A stretch of DNA of 64,000 nt, taken from assembly GCF_046119375.1 (NCBI RefSeq), contig NW_027362772.1, positions 75,764,001 to 75,828,000 on the forward strand. The letters are read 5' to 3'. Position 1 is the stretch's first letter. Every line of letters starts with the position of its first letter. Shown here piece after piece: positions 1 to 9,599 of this stretch. The DNA comes from Phyllobates terribilis (lineage: Eukaryota). The notes beneath the pieces were generated by a model. That model made no database searches, was not told the origin of the DNA, and saw only the letters and a list, made by a program, of their open reading frames with translations. The translations under genes and the position numbers were made by a program.

Positions 1-1336
1 TGTCAGCTGATTGTCACAGCTGACACCCGATACTATGTGCAGGGAGCGGTCCTGCACCGCTCCCAGCACATTAACCCCCGCGATGCTGCGATCGAAGTCG
101 ATCGAAGTCGATCGCAGCATTGCGGGGGCAAGGGGAGGTGATCGCAGATACTCACCTCCTCTTCCGACTTCCAGCGCTGTCTGCAAAGGCTTCCCGGGTG
201 TTGCCATGACGACCCGATGTCGTCATGACAACATCCGGGTCACCAGACAGCAGGAAGATTGTTTGGACATGCGCAGTGCATCTCCAAACAATCTTCTCCC
301 TTTCCAGCGCTGACAGCCTGCATGGCACAGGGATGGTGCTGCATTCCTGTGCCATGCAGGCGATCAGAATAAAAAAAGTGAAAGTCCCACAGAGGGACAA
401 AGTAAAAAAGTATATAAACTTTCAGAAAGTGGAAAAAAAAAAAAAATTGCAAAAATATAAAAAATAAAAAAATAAAAATAATCCACCAAAAATAAAAATA
501 TAATGTACCCATCAATAAATATTATTATAAAAAAAAAAAACAATAAAAGTACACATATTTGGTATCGCCGCGTCCGGAACAACCTGACCTATAAAACTGT
601 CCCACTAGTTAACCCCTTCAGTGAACACGGTAAAAAAAAAAAAAAAGCAAAAAACAATGCTTTATCACCATACCGCCAAACAAAAAATGGAATAACACGC
701 GATCAAAAAGACAAATATAAATAAAAATGGTACCGCTGAAAACGTCATCTCGTCCCGCAAAAAACAAGCTGCAATACAGCTCCATCAGCCGAAAAATAAA
801 AAAGTTATAGCTCTCAGAATAAAGCTATGCTAAAAAATAATTTTTTCTATAAAATTGCTTTTATTATGTAAAAGTGCAAAACATAGAAAAACTATATAAA
901 TGTGGTACCGCTGTAAATGTATTGACCCAAAGAATAAAGCTGCCTTATCAATTTTACCACACGCGGAACAGAATAAAAAAAAAAAAAAAACAATTCCTGA
1001 ATTGTTGGTTTTTGTTTATTCTGCCTCCCAAAAATCGGAATAGAAAGCGATCAAAAAATGTCACGTGCCTGAAAATGGCACCAATAACAACGTCAACTCA
1101 TCCCGCAAAAAACAAGCCATCACATGACTGTCTGCCAAAATCTGGAAAAATTATAGCTCTCAAAATATGGCGATGCAAAAACTAGATTTACAAAAAATGC
1201 GCCTTTTAGTGTGTGACAGCTGTCAGTCATAAAAACCCCATATGATTCTGGTATTGCTGTAATCACACCAACCCGAAGAATAAAGTCGTCTAATCACTTA
1301 TACCGCACGAGGAACGGCATCAAAAATAAACTCTTG

Positions 1337-1490
1337 GGTTAGGATTGGGCTAGGGTTAGGGCTGGGTTTGGGGTTGTGCTAGGGTTAGGGTTGTGCTAGG
1401 GTTAGGGTTGTGCTACGGTTAGGGTTGTGCTACGGTTAGGGCTGGGGTTGGGGTTAGGGTTGGGGTTAGGGTTGTGATGGGGTTGGGATT
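1337..1490 (+). repeat. degenerate telomere-like (TTAGGG/GGGTTGTGCTA) G-rich tract inside the piggyBac-family element
   Basis: Runs of GGGTTA interspersed with GGGTTG, GGGCTA and GTGCTA variants. Confidence 0.85.
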
Positions 1491-1529
1491 TTTTTCAAAA
1501 GTAAGAAAAAAAGATGACGATATGGCGAC

Positions 1530-1830
1530 TAGTGTTGAGCGCAAGTGCTCGCTACTTGAGTTTGCATTGGGTGCTCTGGTATGCATTGAGTATCGTGGGT
1601 ATTTGAGTGACATGCTCGAGTCTCTGCCCCATATGCTTCGCGGCCAAAAAAACTTTACGGGGATTGCCTGCCATGCACGAGCGATCCCCGCATGTTTTTT
1701 TTTGGGTGTCTAATAACCGTGAAACATGCGGAGCAGGGACTCGAGCATGTCACTCGAGCAAACGCTGTACATGGTGCATACCTGAGTACCCGATGCAAAC
1801 TCAAGTAGCGAGCACTTGCGCTCAAGACTA
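1530..1830. mobile_element. hAT-type MITE (~300 bp) nested in the piggyBac-family element
   Basis: ~55-bp TIRs starting TAGTGTTGAGCGCAAGTGCTCGCTACTTGAGTTTGCAT. Degenerate 8-bp flanks ATGGCGAC / ATGACAGC. Terminal TAGTGTTGAGC matches the large hAT at 31806. Confidence 0.75.
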
Positions 1831-1924
1831 ATGACAGCTTATTCAATATGATGACCTAATGTAAACAAATTCTGTGTCGTAACTCTGGGTTCAAAATGTT
1901 CACTATACACCTTAATAAAATCCT

Positions 1925-3540
1925 TGAGGGGTATAGTTTCCAAAATGGGGTCACTTGTGGGGGAGCTCCACTGTTTAGGCACATCACGGGCTCTCCAAAC
2001 GCGACATGGTGTCCGCTAACAAATTGAATGGAAAATCAGCTCAAATTGTTAGCGGACGCCATGTTGCGTTTGGAGAGCCCCTGCGTGCCCAAACATTGGA
2101 GCTCCCCCACAAGTGACCCCATTTTGGAAACTAGACCCCCCAAGGCACCAATCTAGATGCATAGTGAGCACTTGGAACCCCCAGGTGCTTCACAAATTGA
2201 TTCATAAAAATGAAAAAGTGGGGTTTTTTTTTCACTTTTTCATTTTTATGAATCAATTTGTGATGCACCTGGGGGTTCCAAGTGCTCACTATGCATCTAG
2301 ATAGGTGCCTTGGGGAGTCTAGTTTCCAAAATGGGGTCATTTGTGGGGGAGCTCCAATGTTTGGGCACACAGGGGCTCTCCAAACGCAACATGGTGTCCG
2401 CTAACAATTTGAGCCGACAATTTGTTAGCGGATACCATGTTGCATTTGGAGAGTCCCTCTGTGCCCAAACATTGGAACTCCCCCACAAGTGACCCCATTT
2501 TGGAAACTAGACCCCCCAAGGCACCTATCTAGATGCATAGTAAGCACCTGGAACCCCTAGGTGCTTCACAAATTGATTCATAAAAATGAAAAAGTGTTTT
2601 TCTTTTCACTTTTTCATTTTTATGAATCAATTTGTGAAGCACCTGGGGGTTCCAAGTGCTCACTATGCATCTAGATAGGTGCCTTGGGGAGTCTAGTTTC
2701 CAAAATGGGGTCACTTGTGGGGGAGCTCCAATGTTTGGGCACACAGGGGCTCTCCAAATGCAACATGGTGTCCGCTAACAATTTGAGCCGACAATTTGTT
2801 AGCGGATACCATGTTGCATTTGGAGAGTCCTTGTGTGCCCAAACATTGGAGCTCCCCCAAAAGTGACCCCATTTTGGAAACTAGACCCTCCAAGGCACCT
2901 ATCTAGATGCATAGTGAGCACTTGGAACCCCTAGGTGCTTCACAAATTGATTCGAAAAAATGAAAAAAAAAACACTTTTTCATTTTTACGAATCAATTTG
3001 TGAAGCACCTAGGGGGTTCCAAGTGCTCACCATGCATCTAGATAGGTGCCTTGGGGGGGTCTAGTTTCCAAAATGGGGTCATTTGTGGGGGAGCTCCAAT
3101 GTTTGGGCACACAGTGGCTCTCAAAACGCAACATGGTGTCCGCTAACAATTTGAGCCGATTTTCCATTCAATTTGTTAGCGGATACCATGTTGCATTTGG
3201 AGAGTCCCTGTGTGCCCAAACATTGGAGCTCCCCCACAAGTGACCCCATTTTGGAAACTAGACCCCCCAAGGCACCTATCTAGATTCATAGTGAGCACTT
3301 GGAACCCCCAGGTGCTTCACAAATTGATTCATAAAAATGAAAAAGTGTTTTTTTTTTCACTTTTTCATTTTTATGAATCAATTTGTGAAGCACCTGGGGG
3401 TTCCAAGTGCTCACTATGCATCTAGATAGGTGCCTTGGAGGGTCTAGTTTCCAAAATGGGGTCACTTTTGGGGGAGCTCCAATGTTTGGGCACACAGGGG
3501 CTCTCCAAACACAACATGGCGTCCGCTAATTATTCAAGCA
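1925..3540. repeat. array of ~187-bp units in alternating orientation (chain of palindromes, ~374-bp period)
   Basis: Symmetry axes at about 2034, 2226, 2413, 2601, 2787, 2970, 3160 and 3350. The same short peptides recur on opposite strands in the ORF track (e.g. 2310+ / 2337-, 2684+ / 2711-). Confidence 0.9.
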
Positions 3541-4361
3541 AATTTTACAATCAAAAAGTCAAATGGCGCTCCTTCCCTTCGGAGCCCTGCCGTGCGCCCA
3601 AACAGTGTTTTTTCCCCACATATTGGGTATCTGTGTGCCCAGGGGAAATTGCACAACAAATTTTGGGGTCCACTTATTCTTGTTACCCCTGTGAAAATAA
3701 AAAAATTGGGTCTAAAGTAACATTTTTGTGAAAAAAGTTAAATGTTCATTTTTTTCTTCCACATTCAAAAAATTCCTGTGAAGCACCTGAAAGGTTAATA
3801 AAGTTCTTGAATGTGGTTTTGAGCACCTTGAGGGGTGCAGTTTTTAGAATGGTGTCACTTTTGGGTATTTTCCTTCATAAAGACCTCTCAAAGTGACTTC
3901 AAATGTGATGTGGTCCCTAAAAAAATGGTTTTGTAAATTTTGTTGGAAAAATGAGAAATCGCTGGTCAACTTTTAACCCTTATAGCTCCCTAACAAAAAA
4001 AAATTTTGGTTCCAAAATTGTGCTGATGTAAAGTAGACATGTGGGAAATGTTATTTATTAACTCTTTTGTGTGACATATCTCTCTGATTTAAGGGCATAA
4101 AAATTAAAATTTTGAAAATTGCAAAATTTTCTAAATTTTCGCCAAATTTCCATTTTTTTCACAAATAAACGCAAGTGACATCGAAGAAATTTTACCACAA
4201 TCATGAAGTACAATATGTCACAAAAAAACAATATCAGAATCAGGGGGATCCATTGAAGCGTTCCAGAGTAATTACCTCATAAAGTGACAGTGGTCAGAAT
4301 TGTAAAAATTGGCCTGGTCATTAACGTGCAAACCATCCTCGGGGCTTAAGGGGTTAATTAA

Positions 4362-5081
4362 CTCTTGGACCTGATGGTGCAGGTCTGTAGATGGGACATT
4401 GTCCAGAGTCTGTGCATCAGCTCCTACAGGCTCCGGGGAAAAGGGTGCCACCTCCTGGTGGTAGGTGATAGCTGGGCGCCGGTGAGCTGTAGCGCCACAT
4501 GGTGCTGGTTCCCATAGCTCCCGGATGGCCCTGTCCTTAAATTGAGCAAAGTCCAAGTCAGGGTTTTGCAGAGCCATTATGCGCAGCTGGGTTCGGTGGG
4601 CGCTGGACAGTAAACCCTCAATAAATTGCTCAGTTAACAGTCTGTTTTCATCACGCACACTGTCAGGGTCTACCTGTTTGATGGCCCTCAGCGCCTCCTG
4701 CAGGTTTAAAGCATAGTCCCGTACACTGTCCTGTGCCCGTTGTTTGCACCCATAAAACTTCATCTTTATCTCTGCCGTAGTACGGGTGTCAAAAGTGTCC
4801 TTTAGGCGGGCCAGTATCTCTTTTACAGTCCCTTTTTCTCTGCCTGACCAGAATTTTACTTCTCTCTGGGCTGCATCAATCAACTGGCCTACGAGGATGC
4901 TCACTTTCTGCTCCTCGGACAGGGGGTATACTTTAAATAAACTGCTTAGTCTCTCCTTGAAGTCACTCAGGGTGTGCGACACTCCTGAGTACTGGGGCAA
5001 CCACGTCGCCCCCGGTATATATGGCATGGAGAATGGCATTACCGCGGCAGCGGCCGCGCCGGTGGTTGAAGTTCCCTCCAT
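4362..5081 (-). pseudogene. Ty3/Gypsy gag (second Gypsy family), truncated by the piggyBac insertion at TTAA
   Basis: ORF 4272-5276 core (MEGTST...WLPQYSG...FYGCKQRAQDSVRDYALNLQEAL...LTEQFIEGL) resembles retrotransposon gag/capsid. After ...VQELI the ORF reads into piggyBac terminal sequence. Confidence 0.7.
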
Positions 5082-5261
5082 ATCGGGCGTCTTCCTCCCC
5101 CCTAGTAAACCGTGGCCTTTTCTTCCATAGGCCGCAGTTCCGCAGGCGATGGTCTCTGTCAAGGACCTGGCGTCGCACGCATCTGACGTCAGCATTCGCT
5201 GTGGCTTCTTCCAGGACCTGGCGCTGCATCCGTGCGTGGGGCGGGGCTTTGGACTTCGCGC

Positions 5262-5960
5262 TTTTCCCGGTGCCAATTCTGCTCCATAACATTTTCAATC
5301 ATAGTACTCCTTACTCTTGCTCTGTCCTTGCGTAACCACTTTGGACGCTCTGTTGTATGCCTCTGCCATCCATTCCTTCCATTTCCGAACGTACTCCGGA
5401 TACGTTCTGTAAGTCTTTGACACCGGAGTATTGAACATGATGTTGATTGGCAGTCTTGGCGATCGTCCATACAATAGGAAAAAGGGTGAGTAACCTGTCG
5501 CATCGCTCTTTGTACAGTTAGAGGCATGTACCACTTTTGACAGAGAACTCTTCCAGTCTTTTTTCTCATCAGCTGTTAAAGTGTGCAACATCGACCATAA
5601 TGTCCAGTTAAAAATGTTCCACTTGTCCATTACCCTCTGGGTGATAGGGCATTGTGTGGGATCTCTGAATTCTACAGTACTTTCCTAGCTTGGCAAAGAG
5701 CTGGTTCTCAAATTCTCTTGGTCATGGTGTAACCTCGTAGGGAACTCAAACCTCAAGGCAAAATCATTGAAGATCTTCTCTGCCACTGTTTGACCTGATT
5801 TATTAGTGCTGGCATATGCTTGGGCAAATCGAGTAAAATGGTCCATCACCACCAATATGTATTTGTAACCACCCTTGCCCTTCTCGAGATGTAGAAAGTC
5901 TATTGAGACCATCTCAAACGGATATATAGTTTGGATGTTGCCCATAGGTGCCCAGGTTGA
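5262..5960 (-). pseudogene. Gypsy integrase core and C-terminus (element A), frameshifted
   Basis: [12 protein letters not shown]...[16 protein letters not shown]...FPTRLHHDQ, then ...TGYSPFFLLYGRSPRLP...EYYD*KCYGAELAPG. Confidence 0.85.
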
Positions 5961-6776
5961 TGTGTTGGGACGTTTATATTTTAAAGCAAGTACCGAAGCG
6001 ATTTCTGGTGGGTCCATGGTATATCCTTCTCCGGACACAATTTTCCCTAGAAATCAGACTTGCTTTTTGAACAGTTCACACTTCTTTGGGGTCAACTTAA
6101 TTCCGTGTTGTTGATACCGTTGTAATATGGTCCTCACGTGTTCAACATGCTCCCGGAAGGTTTTGCTGTGTACCACATTGTCATCCAAGTATGGCGGGCA
6201 GATATCGTCCCTCAATCCTTCCAAACCGTTCTCCATGCTCCTCTGAAATTCTGCTGGACCTGAACTGAGCCCAAACGGTATGCAGATGCACGCATATAAC
6301 CCCCACGGTGTGATGAATGCTGTCAAGGGTCTACTGGACTCTTCAACAAACCCTTGATGGTATGCTTTACCCTGATCGAGGACAGAGAACCAGGTACTTC
6401 CTGATAGGCTATCCAGCATATCTTGAATCTTTGGTATCGGGTGCCAATCAGGTACTGACTTTCGGTTTCGTTCCCGGTAATCACAGCAGAGTCTCAACGT
6501 ACCGTCCTTCTTCCTAACACAAACAATAGGAGAGGAATAAGACGACTTCGACTTTTGGACCCAACCTCTGTTGATTAGATCTTGTAAATACTGTTTCACT
6601 TCACGGTGTAATGGTTTTGGCACAGACATGTAACTTCTGGTTACTGGAGTTGTGTCTTTCAAATTGATTTTCAATTGCAATGACGGGATACAGCCTATAT
6701 CAGAGTCATCTTTAGAGAATGCATGACATTCTTCTCTCAGTATCTGTTTTGCTATCGCTATATCTTCAGCACACAA
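5961..6776 (-). pseudogene. Gypsy reverse transcriptase (element A), joined directly to integrase (RNase H deleted)
   Basis: [24 protein letters not shown]...[12 protein letters not shown]...[14 protein letters not shown]...PYLDD...[11 protein letters not shown], then ...[16 protein letters not shown]. Confidence 0.9.
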
Positions 6777-7038
6777 GTATTCCAGGGGTACTGGGGGATC
6801 CCAGGACCCTGATGTGGGTCATGCAATTTCCTCCCCTGGGCAACTCCTGTTCCTTGGTAGGGAGACTGAATTCACGATAGACCCCTGGGTGGGTCTCACA
6901 GTGGCTGGATATACTGTTTCAACGCTTTCAATGTGACCTAACACAGTCTTTGAATCCAGTCTAATTTCGTGTTTTGTAGTATTCATCACCGGTGCTGTCA
7001 CTCGAACAAACCCACCAGTAGAAATTGTAAGCACAGTC

Positions 7039-7716
7039 TCACCTTGAACTAGGCCTTCCGGAAGTTCTGAGGAGTCTTTTGGCAGGACCAGTCTTTTCTG
7101 GACTTTTCTTCCCGGTTCTACCTGGACTCCCCACCTCACCCCCACCATTTGGTTTGCAGGGATGATGGTTGGGCGCCAGCCTACCTTGACTTCTTTTAGG
7201 TCCATTGTATTCTGTGCTTTTTTTTACTCTATGAATCACATTTTCCGCCATGGTGTTGGGTATGGCAAGTGATGTGGCAATTACATCCACCACCAGCGTC
7301 CCTGACTTGTGTTTCGTGATGACCTCATTGATTACATTATAACCCAGGATAGGATCCTCTGCCACGTTCTGATCACTGGTCACGAGAAAAGGTACCAAAA
7401 GCTCAATGGTGTTGCTGTGCTTCGTGGCCCTCAGTTGGAAAGTCACTTCCACCCAGCCTGTGAAAGGGATTTCGGTCCAATTAACAGCTTTGCCGTGGAG
7501 TTCCACTGGTCCAAAGAGTTCTTTTAGTGACCGAATGCAAGTATATGGCAGGTAGCGCCTTCTCCATTCTTCATTTAAAAGGCTCGCTTGGGCTCCTGTG
7601 TCCCACAGTACTTTTACCAGGAGTCCATCTAGCTGGTACTGTATAAAGCACCTTTCACCGATTAGGCTGATGAGGCTATCTTTACTGACCGAGGAATCCT
7701 CCTCCCAGGAGTACAT
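7039..7716 (-). pseudogene. retroviral-type aspartic protease (element A)
   Basis: LVKVLWDTGAQASLL (DTG motif) ... PILGYNVI. Confidence 0.85.
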
Positions 7717-7886
7717 CGTTTGACCTCCGCACAGGGCATTAAGTAACTGATGCCCCTGTCTCTCTTGCAGCTATTGTAGATGGGAACACACTTAGGGATA
7801 GCACTGATGCAGCCAATTTATCTTATGCTTCGTTCTGGGGTTTGGTGAGATTTGGATTTGCTTCTGGGGCCTCCTCCGAGTCGCGG

Positions 7887-9116
7887 TTACCAGTCGCCCT
7901 GCACTGGCGACCTCCTGTCTTTTAACCCAAACGACCGTGACCATTGGTATTTCTTGGCATAATGTCCTTCCTCACCACATCTTAGACATTGGACACACAC
8001 CATATTTGATGAACGACACGCTTCACAAGCCGGGTATCTTCTGTTTTGGAACCCACTCCTGGGCATGAGGGATATAGGTTCTGGCCTGGAAAGAATCAAC
8101 TTTTTCAGCTCAATCAACTTGGCTCACAGTTCTCCTATTACTTCCTCCCAGTCAGCGCTGGCGGTCCTCTCTTTTGTTGGAGATTTAAGGTTTCCTCTCT
8201 GAGGTGGCACAGGAGGGTCTCCATGATGATCTTCAGACTGGCCACCGGGGGTCTCCAACTTAAGCTGACTCATTTTGGCGATTTTAGGAGCAGAGCCTTT
8301 TTTTAACTTCTGTTCACTCTCTGACTCCAAACTAGCTGCCTCATTTATTTTTTCAATTAGGACTTCGTCCAGAATGCCAGGTTCTTCTAGGTACTGTTTC
8401 AGCTGCAACTTGATGTCTTTGCTGATTTTACCCATTCCCAATGAGCTCAAGAACTTCTTCTGGACTAGTTCAGCATCAAACTTCTCCTCCGATTCTACAT
8501 CTCTGAATGCAAACAACAGTCTATCCTTCAGTTCAATTGCTCTGAACAAGAAACTTTGGGGTGATTCATTATTTTTCTGTGAGAGGTTAATGAGTTGGTG
8601 GAACAATTCTGAAGTACTCTCTTCTTTATAGTGCCCTTTTAAAATCATCTTTAGCTGTTGCAAGGTCAATTGACTCTTCATTTCTAGCATACTACAGAGG
8701 TTCCGTCCTGGGCTGATCGCTTTCACTACCCCCTCAATGATGTCATCTGGTTGGTAGCCTTTCTGTAAGCCTGCATCGATCTGGTGCAACAAGTTCATAT
8801 TAGACAGTTTCTCTTTCTGTTCACACTCTCCAATCTGTCCCATGATCTTGAATTCTTTCCTTATGGTGATTTGTGGTGTTAGAGAGGACAGTCTTCCTGA
8901 TTTATCTAACCTGAGCAGGTTAAAGGTTCTGACTGAGTCTGTCACCTGTTCAGAGGTTTTGGTCAATTCCTGCAGGGCTATTGTTAGGGCTTTGAATTGT
9001 TTTTCAATTCCTGTAGTTCTGTCTGCGGATGGAGATTCCCGTTTTTGGTAATTGGTGCCGCCCCTCCATCCTCCAACTTCAACCTGGTTAGAAACTGTGT
9101 TAGCTCCTGGAGGAAC
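7887..9116 (-). pseudogene. gag with zinc-knuckle region (element A); N-terminus lies at 19062-19176, 20775-20831 and 21459-21486
   Basis: RKEFKIMGQIGECEQKEKLS...LFHQLINLSQKNNESPQSFLFRAIELKDRL. Downstream CEACR...CLRCGEEGHYAK knuckle. Confidence 0.8.
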
Positions 9117-9552
9117 TGTTAGAACCCTCCTGTTTGTTTTCAACATCTTGTGTTTTACGGTCACGTGACCATTTGCCTTTATATTCCAGCTCCACCCTTT
9201 TGGCTGTGCTGGACTTCAGTGTTTGAGTGTTTCTCTAGCCAGGTGCTTCTGTGCCTTTCTCAGTCAGTTCGCTTGGTCCTTCTGGGACCTCTAGTACTTT
9301 TTTGTCAGTTTGTCTTTTTGTGTTCTGCAACAACTTCTCTGTTTAGGAGGTGTCCCATTTTTTGTCCCAGTCCTTAGTTCTTTTAGGGACTCCTCCCTTT
9401 ATGCTATTGGTCTTCGTTCAGACTAGTCAAGGACTAAGGCGGGTCTGTTCATTAGGAACAGGCAGCCGGCTACATCGTAGGGATTCAGCTTAGTCTTACT
9501 GTAGGGACAGCTTTCCCCTATCTTTCCTTAGTTCATGTTGCAGATTATAACA
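9117..9552 (+). repeat. 5' LTR of element B
   Basis: TG...CA termini. About 95% identical to 18621-19056 by eye (roughly 20-25 substitutions). Confidence 0.95.
9159..9185 (+). promoter_or_regulatory. LTR promoter: palindromic E-box GGTCACGTGACC plus TATA-like TTTATATT
   Basis: 12-bp perfect palindrome at 9159-9170; TATA at 9180-9183. Both are conserved in the 3' LTR. Confidence 0.55.
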
Positions 9553-9599
9553 GTAAGTCCAGCCCAAAAAACTAAAAGGAAAGAAATTCGGGGATCAGT

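Larger units (their letters stand above)
1..4353 (+). mobile_element. piggyBac-family element, probably non-autonomous; left end lies outside the window
   Basis: Ends ...CTTAAGGGG|TTAA (TTAA at 4354-4357). Its last ~800 bp are the reverse complement of the 12743-end subterminal region of the transposase-bearing piggyBac (shared TTCCAGAGTAATTACCTCATAAAGTGACAGTGGTCAGAATTG block). No transposase ORF lies inside the window. Confidence 0.8.

Noticed and set aside
1337-1490. True telomere or chromosome-fusion scar
   Set aside because: Short, degenerate, single-orientation and internal to a transposon.
4272-5276. 334-aa ORF as a single real protein
   Set aside because: The N-terminal part reads through leader sequence and the C-terminal ~30 aa read into the piggyBac end; only the middle is gag.
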